The notes beneath the pieces are model-generated. The model worked only from the letters and a program-made list of their open reading frames with translations. It had not been told where the DNA came from and made no database searches. Shown piece after piece: positions 28,894 through 43,093 of a DNA stretch of 64,000 nucleotides (the stretch's first letter is position 1; the number at the start of each line of letters is the position of its first letter). The stretch is from NCBI RefSeq assembly GCF_009914755.1, contig NC_060928.1; one strand, given 5' to 3'. The translations under genes and the position numbers were made by a program. This DNA is from the human T2T-CHM13v2.0 reference genome, Homo sapiens.

Positions 28894-30512
28894 TGTCACG
28901 GAATTTTTAGGATGTCTCTTTTCCAGCCAGAAATCTCTGTGTCTGGTGATGCCTTTGCCCAAGTTTTGCTCTGGCCCGCTGGGCTCGTTCTGCCTGCTCT
29001 TCCTGGCAGGCTGCACTCGGCTTGTGCTACTGGCCTGGATCTCATGCCTGCCAAGGGCGAGCCAGGCACGGAGTGGCGAGGAGTTCGTGAGTGAGTTCAG
29101 GGTCATCCGGCCACTGTGCACAGCCGGGCATGCCGACTGTGGTGGGGCAGGCAGCTCCAGGCACAGGCACTGGCTCCGTGCAAGGCTGTGGCTGGACCAG
29201 GCATACTGCAGGTCGCTTCCATTGTGGGCACTGGGAACACGGTGGCACCCGGAAACTTGGAGACACCAGGAACCGCAGAGCCCCAAAGAGGATGTCACAG
29301 CCCTGGCTTAGGGAGCCCCTAGGTCTGGGCTCCCCGAAGGGCCGCAGCTCTTCTCTCCTTCTCGTCGCCCACAATGTAGTGAGCAGGGGAGGGGGAGGAT
29401 CACCCCTGTTTGTGTTACAGCTCTTTCAGTCTGGCCATTCCTTGGGTCCCAAGTTCTTGTCCCACATCCAAGAGGAATGAGGTATGGAGACAACTGGAGG
29501 GTGAGCAAGGTACAGGGGAACTTCATTGAGCAACAGAACAGTTCTCAGGAGACCTGAAGTGAGTAGCCTTTTTCTGCAGGCAGGTCGACGTAATGAGTGT
29601 CCAGCTCTCAGTGGAGAGGAGACCTGTAGTGCATAGCTCCTTTCCACAGGCAGGTCATCCTGACTAGTGGAGGAGACCCCCAGAGGGTTGCTCCTTCCAA
29701 CAGCTGGTAGTCCCCATGTCTTTCTGAGTCTGGCTGAGTCCAGAGTTTTTCTGGGCTCAGAAGGGAGGAAGTGTGCTGATTGGCCCATGCGCAGCCATGA
29801 GTGGGCCTGGAAAAAGCACCGTAAGTTTTCATCCCAGGCTGCAGACTCCACCTAGAACTGGCAGCCCAGCGGCTCCCAGGCTTCAGGCCATCCCTGGCTT
29901 GAAGGTGGGGTTTCACCAGGGACCTGTCTGTCCCTTCCCACCTAGGAACCTGTCTCCCGCAGCTGTCAACATGTCATCCATGGCGCCCAAGGTATTTGTG
30001 CCAAGAGGTGCCTGCAGGCCCCTGTTAAGCTGCTCTCAGCCCCCTGGCCTCCCTCCTGTGCTTGTTGGCATCCAAAGTCCAGAGGGGGCCGAGCTGGAGG
30101 TTGGGGTTACCAGGGGCGCTGGCATGTCAGAACCACCCTGTGTGCATGCATACCCGGCTGGGTGGCAACAGTACCTGGACTTGGCTACAACTTTGCTCCA
30201 CACTGCATCAGGCGCCGGGAGCCGGGAGAGGCCAGGGAGCAGGAGCAGGCACTTCTTGAGCCTGCTGGTGGGGCAGTGGGCCTTCGCCGGCCCCCAAGAG
30301 CACAGGGATGCCCTGGTCCAGAGCTGTGGCTGCACGGCTGCAGCTGTGTCTGGGAGCATGGGGCTCCTGCCCTGATAACTCTGTAGAAGTTGGGGCTCCT
30401 GCCTGTTTCTGGCCCCCGCGGGCACCATGGAGTGCGCAGCCCTGGCTGCACTTTGCCCTCTGCAGCTGGTGTCCTCACAGCGGCTGCTCCAGACTGGCCG
30501 CTGCTGCCATCA
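28894..30512 (-). mobile_element. MER52 (MER52A-like) ERV1 solo LTR, about 1.6 kb, GC-rich
   Basis: TG...CA termini; minus strand starts tgatggcagcagcggccagtctggagcagccg as recalled for MER52; no clean TSD. Confidence 0.8.
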
Positions 30513-31039
30513 TTGCCAGTAATCCCAGGGATTCTGGTGATTTAATCACAGAGCATGTGGCACAACAGTTCTGGATTTTCAGAACATTAAGGGGGTGGTG
30601 ATAGAGGTTGACTGGTAATGCAAGGGTAATTACAGTAGCAAGAACAACCAGGAGAGAGAATTTACTAAAAGATAAAATCAAATTGATAAATCTGATGCTG
30701 GTATAAATTTCTTCAAGAGCCTTTGCAGTAATAACAAATGAGGAAATCACCCTTCTTATGTCTTTATTAAATAGTCAACAAAATTACAGTGTTTTTGCTG
30801 GGAGATGTGCCAACTAACTGCTGATGGCTGAACTATCAAACTCTGGTTATTGGAGGCACAAAAATATGATTCAGATGAGTGTTAGGTAGAAATTCTCATT
30901 TTAGCTTAGTAATATATATTAAAGTATTTGCTGAAATGGTTTTTATTACATTTTGAAATGTGTTTCAAATGTGTTAAATGCTTTTCAAAAACAACACATT
31001 TTTGGTTATAAAACGTGAATAAAATTTCAATAAAATGTA

Positions 31040-31995
31040 TGATTTTATTTTAAAGTCTATGGCCCAGTGGTATTAAGTACATTCACATTGTTTTGCAACT
31101 GTCACCACCATGCATCTCCAGGGCTTTTTAAAAAATCTTCCCAGACTGCAGCTCTGTACCTATTAACAATAACTCTCCATTCTCCCCTGCTCCAGCTCCT
31201 GGCAGCCGTCGTTCTGCTTTCAGTTTCTATGAATTTAACTACTCTAGGTGTCTCATGTGAGTGGGATCATATAGTATCTGTCCCTTTGTGACTAGTTTAT
31301 TTCACTTAGCCTGATGTCCTCAAGGTTCATCCATGTTGTAGTATGTATCAGAATTTCCTTCCTGTCTAAGGCTGAATAATATTCTGTTATACATATGGAT
31401 TGGCTACATTTTATTTACTCATCCATCCATCCATGGGCATTGGGGTCACTTTGCCCCCTGCTGCTATGAACAGGGGTGTACACATATCTGTTCGAGTCTC
31501 TGCTTTCAGTTCTTTTGGGTATATGCCCAGCTGTAGAATTGCTGGGTCATGTGGTAATACTATTTTTCATTTGAGGGAAAAATTTATTTTAATTTTTTGC
31601 TGGGAGTTGTGCCTGTTAACTGCTGGTGGCTGAACTATTGAATTCTGGTTAATGAAGCCACAAAAATATGATTTTGAGGAGTGTTAGGTAGAAATGTTCA
31701 TGTTAGCTTAGTAACACGTTATGTTTCAATATTATTTTACTTAAAGCACTATTTTTCACAGTGCTTGTACCATCTTGCATTCCCACTAATGATGCACAAG
31801 GGTTTCAGTTTCTTGACATCCTCACCAACACCACTACTTTTCTTTTTTGTACAGTAGCCACCCTAGTGAGTGTGAGGTGGCATCTCCTTGTGAGTTTGAT
31901 TTGCATCCTAATGATGAGCGATGTTGAGTGTCTTTTCACATGCTTATTGGCCTTTTGTATATCCTCTCTGGAGAAATGCCCAGATAAATATTTTT
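31040..31995 (-). mobile_element. L1MB 3' region interrupted by a copied local segment
   Basis: gtggtattaagtacattcacattg, caaggttcatccatgttgtag, tgatgttgagtgtcttttcacatgcttattggcc. Confidence 0.85.
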
Positions 31996-32492
31996 AAGAG
32001 TAAAATTAGCTAAGTTAGGAAAAATATCACATGATACCTAGTAAGAATGGTTTCTTGGACATGAGTTCTCTCTCCACTATTCTCTGTGGAGTCCTGCTCT
32101 TCTCCCAGTTCCTTTCTAGTTAGGCAAGCTAAGCTGGAAGCTTTTTTTGGAATAGCGTCCTGACCAGCTGGTGCCCCCTTCTCTCCCAGGGGATCAGACG
32201 TTCTGAGGGCCGCAGATGGGCGTCCAGCCCTGGCCCGCCTTTGAGAGCCGGGTTCTTGAGATGCTGCCATGGCTGGCTCCTTCTCACCTGCCGCCATCAC
32301 TCCCTGAGCGCTGAGGTGCTGGGCCCTTTCTCAGGCAGACTTTATTCCTAGAGGATTTGTTCATCGAAATGTTTGTTGATTGTGATTGCATGTGGTTCAG
32401 CCTTGGGGCATCAGTTGTGGTTGGGGTGAGTTTTTCAAGAAGAGAAGTCCCTTTGATCTTCAGTTCTTGGGGGTCAACTTCAACAAACAGAG

Positions 32493-32714
32493 TAGGAGTC
32501 ACAAGCTTTTTCTGCAAAGAAACTGATAGTAAATATTTTAGACTTCTGTGGACCATAAAGTTCCTGTTGCACCTGCTCAATTCTGCTGTTGCAGCAGGAA
32601 AGTAGCTGCAGACAATACATAAATGAATTGTCGTACCTGTGTTGCAATACTTTATTTACAAAATCAGGCAGCACACCGTATTTTGGCCCATGGACCACAG
32701 TGTGATGACCTCTG
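32493..32714 (+). mobile_element. MER58A
   Basis: gatagtaaatattttagac...actttatttacaaaa core; ends about 60 nt before exon 6. Confidence 0.75.
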
Positions 32715-32773
32715 ATGTAGCGTTTCACTTTTCACCATCTCCAGTTTGACTAACCTCTGTGATTTTAACATAG

Positions 32774-32884
32774 GCAGATATCCAAGTAGAGCAGAACCGG
32801 CAACACTTCTATGAACTGTCTCTCGAGTATGTGTGTAAGCTGCAGGAAATCCAAGAAAGAAAGAAGTTTGAGTTTGTGGAACCT
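32774..32884 (+). CDS. ARHGAP10: ARHGAP10 coding exon (probably 6), BAR: [37 protein letters not shown]
   Basis: aacatAG acceptor, CCT|GTgagt donor, 111 nt; KKFEFVEP motif typical of GRAF/oligophrenin BAR domains. Confidence 0.95.
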
Positions 32885-33779
32885 GTGAGTATTGCCAAGT
32901 TGTTTGCTGGTGGATTTTTGCAATGTAAGATAAGTATTTATTTTCCTAGATCTGATTTATGGTTTATAGTTACTAGAGGCCATAGTGCATAAACATGAAA
33001 GAGACATATTAAAAAGGGCAGACACAGATAGCCATGAAGTCAAGGAATTGCCTCTAAATCAGTGGTTCTCAGCTGTATTTGCACTGATAATACACGTAAT
33101 ATTCCCATTGCTACATGATCTCAAGGAAGGCAACCATGTGCAATTTCTGCCACCTTAGCCTATAGCTCTATCTTTTAAAAATTTCTCTGAAATAATTTAT
33201 ACTAGAATGAGTGAACATGGGTTGTTTATACCGGTTCAAACTTTGGTACTTTAAACAATCGTTTGTAACATGACTTCAAACACAATTCACAATGCTTATG
33301 GCAATCTAAGTTTAGAAGCAGGATATGGAACATTTGAGACAATTTTGTGAGTTACTCTAACATTTCTTTTTACTTATATTAGAAACACATGATTTTTGTT
33401 TGTGATTATATAGATGTTTTCTAGTAGCTTCAGTTGTTTATATATGAAGATGTATGCACATGAATGTATATATCATAATGTAAAGGATATTTCATGTGGA
33501 TTTCAGCAAAAAAACACTGGATCTCATTCTCAGGATTCATTTTAATTTTAATATCGACTTATTGAATGGTTTCTTTTTCTTAAACAGCTTTATTAAGATA
33601 ACATTCACACAGTATACAATTTACTCATTGTGAGTATGGTTTATAGAAACAAGAATAACCAAGTAATGATTAAAAATGAGCATTTGTGGAGCTATGGTTT
33701 AGTTGGAGCGATAGTCATTAACCTAAACCATTAGAGAAAAACTCAACCTCCTCAAAGCTTTCTTTTTAATGTGAAATAA

Positions 33780-34010
33780 TAATAATGGCCTGCTTTTATT
33801 GGGCATTTATAATGCTCAGTCTCTGTTCAAGCCATTGTTCTAAGTGTTGTACCGAACTCATTATTCCACACTATAACTCAATGAGGAGATAAGGAAATAG
33901 AAGTAGAGAAAGGCTGAGTAATTTGCCTAAGGTCCCATAACAGGTCATGGCTGACGTTGGGAATGGAGCCTGTTGGGTGTCAGAGCCCCAGATTCCTAAC
34001 CACCCACGGT
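33780..34010 (-). mobile_element. MIR
   Basis: gagtaatttgcctaaggtc...cagagccc. Confidence 0.55.
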
Positions 34011-34639
34011 GTGGCATTTGGAAGAAAATGAATCTCAAGATTTCCTTAACTCTCTCCCCAGATCACTTCTTTTTACTTCTAGATTTATTGACTTACATGT
34101 GGAGCAGAGGCAACAGCCCTCTAATTCAGAGACAGGTTGGGAGTTGGTAGGAAAGTAAAGGTTTAATTACGGGTTTGAGGCTGCCCCTGGCAAGTCATGG
34201 AATATCTTTGTCAACAAAACACAGGGGTTGCAGTCTGCTGGATGTGGCTGGGGAGAGCCTGGAGCTCTTTGATTCTGTGATTTTACTTTCTTAAAGATTG
34301 TGTCAACCTATAGTGATAAGATTTCAATTACAAATATTGGGATTCTCCTGACTAAAGAGGACAAATGGATGACTTAATAATTCAATTTTTCCTGCAGAAC
34401 ATGCCATATAAGCTGTCTAATGGCTGTGATATTTAAGGGAAAAAAACATCATTTTCTATAAAGACCAATTAATAGATAATATGTACTTGTGTTTACTTGA
34501 ATATTAGTGACTTCCCTTTAATCAGTTTATTTCAGTGGAATAACAGTGAGATGGCGGGGGGAACACTTGGTTGTTTATATGATTCTTTTTTTCTCCTGAG
34601 TTTTTTTGTGCTAATATCTCTTTTCTTCCTGTGTCTTAG

Positions 34640-34744
34640 ATGCTGTCATTTTTTCAGGGGATGTTTACCTTCTATCATCAGGGCCATGAACTTGCCAAAG
34701 ACTTCAATCACTACAAAATGGAACTACAGATCAACATTCAGAAT
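34640..34744 (+). CDS. ARHGAP10: ARHGAP10 coding exon (probably 7), BAR: [35 protein letters not shown]
   Basis: long pyrimidine tract then tcttAG, AAT|GTaagg donor, 105 nt. Confidence 0.95.
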
Positions 34745-34870
34745 GTAAGGAAGTGAAAGCTTTCTTTATAAAAAGATGTTTGAAAAGTATTTTTCATTTG
34801 TGTGTTGTATGAAAAGCCTTAATTAAATGAAGACAATGCTGATCTGTTTGTACTGAGAAACTGAGGGTAT

Positions 34871-34952
34871 GCTGCCACCTGCTGGTCAACTCTTGGTGTG
34901 ACCAACTGCTCTACAGTTGGTTGAGGCTTGGGAAATTCTGCCACCTGGCGGC
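34871..34952 (-). promoter_or_regulatory. two tandem CTCF core motifs
   Basis: minus strand CCAGCAGGTGGCAG (34872-34885) and CCGCCAGGTGGCAG (34938-34951). Confidence 0.6.
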
Positions 34953-35355
34953 TTTTCCTGCAGTTTCTGGGTCAATTCTAAGGATAAGCTTTGTTATGTT
35001 AACTCTAAATCAGCTATGTCTGCTACAGACAAAAGAGCACTCCACTTTAAGGCATTGAATTTATAATGCACTACTTAACTGGGCATCTTGATTTTTGTTC
35101 CCAGATAGGCTTATCATTTGAGTAGAATTTCTTCCCTACATTTTATGCATATTTACTAATGCATTGGTGTTTACAGTTGCTATTGGTCTTGAATATTTTC
35201 CTTTGGAAAATGTGTGCTTTCTGCCAGGTCTCGGATAAAGAGATTTAGGAGAATGTTATTAAGCAGTACACTATATGTCATTTTGATCAGGTGGTATATG
35301 TTTTTCCTCTCAGTGCTAGTTGATCCTGGAAGCGTCCTCACTGACAAGCTGGTCA

Positions 35356-35881
<526 letters not shown>

Positions 35882-36159
35882 CTAAGGAGTGTAGCTGATA
35901 AAACCTTATTTTTATAATTTATGTGTCAACTTGTATTTGAGGATTGTTTGGACATTCAGCTGGGCTAATGATAGAGTTCTGGAGTAGATTCTTTTTCTGC
36001 TGCTGTGGTCTCACAATTTGTGAAAACAGTTATAAAATATGTGGTATGACTATAATGTGACAAAACTTAAAAATCCAAAATGGGTATGTGTGGATTCATT
36101 CTAGTCACCCCAAAATTGTCCCTGCAGGTAGTAGAATATTGAGTCTAATGTTGTTGAGT

Positions 36160-36458
36160 TTTTTTTGTTTTTTTTTTTGAGACAGGGTGTCACTCTGTCG
36201 CTGAGGCTGAAGTGCAGTGGCACAACCACTGCTCACTGCAGCCTCAACCTCCTAGGCTCAAGTACTCCTCCTGCCTCAGCCTCCTGAGTAGCTGGGACTG
36301 CAGGTGCATGCCAGTACACCCAGCTAATTTTTTTTCTTTTTGGTAGAGATGGCATCTCATTGTGTTGCCCAGGCTGCTCAAACTTCAGGGTTCAAGTGAT
36401 CCTCCTTCCTCAGCCTCCCAAGATCCTGGCATTACGGGGGTGAGCCACCATGCCTGGC
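36160..36458 (-). mobile_element. AluJ
   Basis: reverse Alu, gctcactgcagcctcaacctcc. Confidence 0.85.
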
Positions 36459-36535
36459 TGATGTTGAGATTATTCAGAATATTTTTGCAGGCAGCAGAAA
36501 ACAGTTATGTAAAAAGAACAGTAGATAGTTCACGT

Positions 36536-36867
36536 AAGTGGTCCCCAACCTTTTTGGCACCGGGGACTGGTTTTAAGGAAGACAATTCTATAGATGCAGT
36601 GGGGGTGGGAGAAGGTAGGGGATGGTTTCGTGATGAAACTTTTCCACCTCAGGTCATCAGGCATTAGATTCTCATAAGGACTGCACAATCTAGATCCACG
36701 TGCGCAGTTCACAATACGGTTCATGCTCCTATGAGAATCTGATGCCACCGCGGATCTGACAGAAGGTGGACTCAGGCTCACCTGCCGCTCACCTCCTGCC
36801 ATGTGACCCGGTTCCTAACAGGCCATGGACCGGTACCTGTCGGCAGCCTGGGGGTTGGGGACCCCTG
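36536..36867 (+). mobile_element. MER1B hAT-Charlie DNA transposon
   Basis: TIRs ggtccccaacc / ggttggggacccctg; ggcattagattctcataagg core. Confidence 0.85.
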
Positions 36868-37928
36868 CTTGAGATTATAACTTATGTTTTCCCCTCTGCT
36901 TACTGGCTATATAATCTGTGGAAATTCACCTTGTCTGTCTGGACCTCATCTGTTAAGTGCAGGGCTGGCCAGAATGAGAACCTTCAGGCAGGACTGTATA
37001 TACAACTTCTAGAATCAAGGTAAAATGAAGAAGATAGTGCCCCTTATTTAGAGATAATTAAGAGTTTCAGATCAGAGGCATTTGATCATTAAAGCAAGCA
37101 GAAGCTCTTCTGAGCGCAGGGCCCTGTGGACTGCATAGGTGAATGCCCTGAAGCCAGCTCTCTGCCTCAGACTCTGGGGTGAGCTGTGGGGAAACATCAG
37201 TCTCTTGGGATGTTGAGTGAAACTCCTTGCACGGCTCGTTTATTTGTGGAAGTGTGTTTATAACACACCTGTTGGGGGGGCGTCTGTTTACCTTATATAA
37301 ACCAAAAAACTTTCAGAGGCATTAAATATTTAGATGGGAATGAGCAATATTCTGTCTGGAAATCTTATGAGCAAACCTTGAAGCTAAGCTATCATTTGAA
37401 ATGTTTCACAAAATGACCTGGTTGGAATCCTTAATATATTGAGAACTTACACAATTGACAACAGTGATCATTTTCTGTAGAGAAATGGGGAAATGACAGT
37501 TTATTGAAAAAAAAAAAGCCTTTTTTGTATTCTCTGTCACTTAAGGATGTGGTCATCAGTAAATCTCCCTACATTCTCAACTTTTTCTCTAAATATTCCT
37601 CTCTTGATTTTATTTGGCTGTTTCTTAATAAACACTCTTACAACTCAGAGTTTCTCTCTGCGTCACCTTCAGTATTGAGAACACCTGATCTAGGTGGCGT
37701 CTTTGTTCTTCAAAATTTTAGCTTTTAGCTAATTTTTTATCAGAAACACAAGCACTTATGAAAAGCAGGTCACTCATTCTGTATCATCTGCTATACCTCA
37801 GTGATGTTGTAATTTGCTCATTTCTTGGCCATTCATCTCATTCCTTGATGTCAGTTTTTTATTATAATAAAGAGAAAATGCTGGGTATATAAAACAACAT
37901 ATTGTTGAAAAAAGTCCCAGTTTTTTTT

Positions 37929-37932
<4 letters not shown>

Positions 37933-37971
<39 letters not shown>
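37933..37971. repeat. (TG)n microsatellite
   Basis: direct; next to Alu tail. Confidence 0.95.
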
Positions 37972-37973
<2 letters not shown>

Positions 37974-37974
37974 C

Positions 37975-38286
37975 ATTTATTTGTTTGTTTGAGAGGGAGT
38001 CTCGCCCTGTCACCCAGGCTGGAGTGCAGCGGCCCAATCAATCTCGGCTCACTGCAAGCTCCGCCTCCCGGGTTCATGCCATCCTCCTGCCTGTAGTCCT
38101 AGTTCATGCCATCCTCCTGCCTGTAGTCCCACCTGCCACCATGCCCGGCTAATTTTTTTGTATTTTTTGATAGAGACGGCGATTCACCGTGTTAGTCAGG
38201 ATGGTCTTGATCTCCTGACCTCGTGATCTGCCTGCCTTGGCCTCCCAAAGTGTTGGGATTACAGGCGTGAGCCACCGCGCCCGGCC
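37975..38286 (-). mobile_element. AluY-like with rearranged right arm
   Basis: cactgcaagctccgcctcccgggttca diagnostic; internal 30-bp tandem duplication. Confidence 0.9.
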
Positions 38287-38759
38287 GCATATATGTATTT
38301 TAGGAAACATAATCAAATGTTAACTGCCTCTGCATTATAACATCATAAATATTTTGGTCATCTTTTAAGTATTTAATTTTAGTAAAAAAGCAAAACTTTA
38401 TAATCAGAAAAAGGTAAAAGGTATTTAAAAGCGAAAACCTATTTTTCCCCATCTGATAATACCTATTGTATTGTAAAAGTGGCTAGACTTTTTTTTTTTT
38501 TTGAGAAATTGAGTCTTCATTTTCTATAATCTAGAGTAATAAATGGAAATCAAGAAAGCAGCAAGATGGCTTTTAGGAAATGGGTTTTCCAGAAGAAATT
38601 TGGAAATTGCCTCAAATTTAAAGAATATTTTAAGAAACTAATTTTGCACTTTTGTGATTTCTGTCTCCCGAAGAATGTGGGGAAGAAGAGACTAGAATAG
38701 AATTCTTCCTGGAAGGAAATACAGTGTGCAAAATTTTAGGATTTGTAAAGAGTCCCTAG

Positions 38760-39182
<423 letters not shown>

Positions 39183-39715
39183 GTGTGTGTGTTTTTAAAA
39201 GAGATTAGAAATGGCCACATCAAAATATAACAGCAGTTACTTGAGGGGTGGGCTTGTGGTTAGCTTTAGTCTTACTTATCCCTTTTGTTTTTGCCCCCCA
39301 AGTAGGACTATTCGTGTCCGTCTCTCTATTTTACAATGATATGGTTTAGTTTCTATAATCAGAAAAAAGTTTTTTAAAGATGTTTTCTCTTTCAATCAGA
39401 TTTAAAATACTAAAATAATAAGGCTTAATTTAAAGCTAGTTTATTTGGAAATGTTTAATTACTAAAGGATGTAAAGAAAACAAGGCAGCAGTGATCTTTT
39501 ATTGGAAAGATAGCATTAGACAGTGTCCTACCGTATAGATTATTGTGAGGATTAAAGAACCATGTAAATGCTCAAATGTTACCTATTGTAACGTTTGGGG
39601 TCTAACATTATTGTAATTAGAAGATGCCTTCATATGTACTTGGAACTTATAATTGGAAATTGCAAGGTTTTAGCCATTCTATTGATTTTATGCAAAGTTT
39701 TCAATTCATAATTTA

Positions 39716-40186
<471 letters not shown>

Positions 40187-40421
40187 TTATGCTGAGCAGA
40201 GATGTTAAGTGAGCACGTAAGCAGACATGTTGAGAATGAGAACCAGGCTTCTTACTGTCTGGGAAAAAATTCACAAATTTGGAAGGAGAGAGGCTGGAAA
40301 GAAACCTGAAGAACTGGAGTAGAATTAGATTTCTTGGTAGGAAGTCATGGGTTTTCAAATATATAGGTAGATAAAGAAGTAGTGATTGTGTGTTTATATA
40401 AACACGTGTGCTCTGTGTATA

Positions 40422-40823
40422 CAGTTGACCCTTGAACTATGTTGGGGTTAGCACCCCTGCGCTATTGGATGTCTGCGTGTAACTTTTGACTTCCCCCAAA
40501 TTTGACTACTAATCGCCTACTGTTGATCAGAAGCCTCACCCATAACAGAAATAGCTGATTACCACACATTTTGTGTGTTCTATGTATGATATACTGTGTT
40601 CTTACAATGAAGTAAGCTAGAGAAAAGAAAATGTTATTACAAAAATCATCAGGAAGAGAAAATATACTTTAAGTGGAAGTGGATCATCATAAAGGCCTTC
40701 ATGTGTGTCTTCATAATGAGTAGGCTGAGGAGGAAGAGTTGCTGTCACAGGAGTTGTAGATGGGGAGGAAAATCCATGTATAAGTAGATCCACAAAGTTC
40801 AAGCCTGTGTTAAGGCTCAGCTG
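40422..40823. mobile_element. Tigger2a/MER28-like DNA transposon
   Basis: TA|cagttgacccttgaac left TIR, degenerate right TIR aaggctcagctg|TA. Confidence 0.75.
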
Positions 40824-41041
40824 TATGTACATCTGCTTCCTAAGGCTGTCTGCTGAGAAGACTTAGAAGTGAGCACACTGTGCCCAGATCTTGTCGCAGG
40901 AGTTGTAGATGGGGAGGAAAATCCATGTGTAAGTAGATCCACAAAGTTCAAGCCTGTGTTAAGGCTGAACTGTATGTACATCTATTTCCTAAGGCTGTCT
41001 GCTGAGAAGTCCTTAGCTGTGAGCACACTGTGCCCAGATCT
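40743..41041. repeat. tandem duplication, two units of about 150 bp
   Basis: 40743-40891 vs 40892-41041, about 10 differences by eye. Confidence 0.92.
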
Positions 41042-41290
41042 TGGTTTCCAAATATTAAATACCCTCCACTAAAAAGAACAAGAGCTCCTTTCCAGGACTG
41101 GCGCAGGGAAAGTATAAGATGAGCCTAGGGTACCTTATTGGACCAGAAGGTAAGGAACTGGTTGAAGAATCAAGGGGACCAGTCAAAAGACAGAAGCCAG
41201 TTCGAAGGGACCTCCTGCTGCTCAAATCTAGGGCAATTTGAGCATGAACATAAATAATAGCATTATTGGCTTAAATAGAAGTGTGTGTAC
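40975..41290 (+). mobile_element. old L1M (L1MC/MD-like) 3' fragment
   Basis: gcccagatcttggtttc...ctccactaaaa...cagggaaagtataagatgagcct. Confidence 0.55.
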
Positions 41291-41469
41291 ATGTTCACAC
41301 CTGTGATAGCATCCATACATGTATGGCATGCACATATATGCATATGTGTATATATATTATACACACATGGGGGGAAATGAGGGTTGATGAGGGTTGGAAG
41401 GAATCTCAGCAAAATGACCAAGGAGGGGAATAAAGTCAGGGTGAAATTATTACAAAGATGGGGATAAGG

Positions 41470-41913
<444 letters not shown>

Positions 41914-42963
41914 TTACACTTTCTTACAGGACATAAGCTGATATTTCTCGCAGCTCTTAGTTTGTGTTTAAAAAAAAAAAACAAACCTCTGCAGACAGGT
42001 TTTCCCTTTTACAATCTACATTTATCAGACTCTCCATCCCTTTACAAAAAAGATGTGCCATTCTAACATTTTGCCACGCTTAGGACCCTTGGCAGCCCCT
42101 TTTATTGTAGGGAGGAAAGAGGAGAAATTTCAATAATAATTTTCTGTCTCAGTTCCTCCACAGTTTCACATCAGCAGTTTTTTGGTATTAATACAATTAT
42201 TTTTGAGCCTGGATGAAAGAAGTGTCCAGGAACACGGTGGTGCTGACTCGTCACAATTGCCTTGCTAATTCTGTCACTTCACCTTGTATATATGTTTTCA
42301 GTGTAGCCGTTTGACAGATATTGGCACACCAAGTGTCCTGGGTTTCAGAAATGTGATTTGTCTCTTCAGATATCAAAGACATTATTTGTGTAGGTGAGAT
42401 TTTTTTTCCCCCTTCTGTCTTCAGGGAAGAAATGTCATTTTCAAGTGCAATTGCCATGACCTGGAAAAACTGACACTTGTATTTATTAGTTTGCAAAGAA
42501 GAATTAAACTTTTTCAGATTCTGAGTATTTACAGACTGCTAATGTAACAGTAACAAAACAGATTGATTGAGTCAGATTGGTTGTTGCAAAGGAAATTCTT
42601 CTCAGGTAGCTATATTAAAACCTAACTTATGTTTTAAACCTAAAATTTGGTAATAGTGTGAGACCTGAAGGCAGGAATTTTTATGTTGAATAGTAAAATT
42701 ATTAATGGTGTTAGAAAGCCTCCAAAGTAACCTGTAGTAACCTTGGCTTATACTCCTCTGGTAGCTATTTTACTGCTATTTTTTTTTCTTTGCACATGAA
42801 TCTCAGGAGGCACACTGGAAAGAATGGGGGTATTTTGAGAAATTTATAAAAAAGTTATTTAGAGTTAAAAAATGTAATTACATTTATGCAGAGACTTTAA
42901 AATGTTCATGAGAAAACTCATATGAGAACTTAACATTTATGTGTGTTTTTTAATCCATTTCAG

Positions 42964-43093
42964 ACACGGAATCGATTTGAAGGAACAAGGTCAGAAGTGG
43001 AAGAGCTCATGAACAAAATCAGACAGAATCCCAAGGACCACAAACGAGCAAGTCAGTTTACAGCCGAAGGCTACCTGTATGTCCAGGAAAAAA
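42964..43093 (+). CDS. ARHGAP10: ARHGAP10 coding exon (probably 8), end of BAR and start of PH: TRNRFEGTRSEVEELMNKIRQNPKDHKRASQFTAEGYLYVQEK
   Basis: atttcAG acceptor, AAA|GTaaga donor, 130 nt, phase 0-1; overlaps ORF 42943..43131; EGYL is a typical PH beta-1 motif. Confidence 0.96.

Noticed and set aside
28834-30601. Dense cluster of long ORFs including 200 aa at 29773..30375
   Set aside because: They lie in the GC-rich MER52 LTR, overlap on both strands and have no recognisable domain; explained by stop-codon scarcity
37265-37702. CTCF-like strings ctgttggggggcgtc and gatctaggtggcgtc
   Set aside because: Both lack the conserved 5' CC and other core positions; too weak without ChIP data
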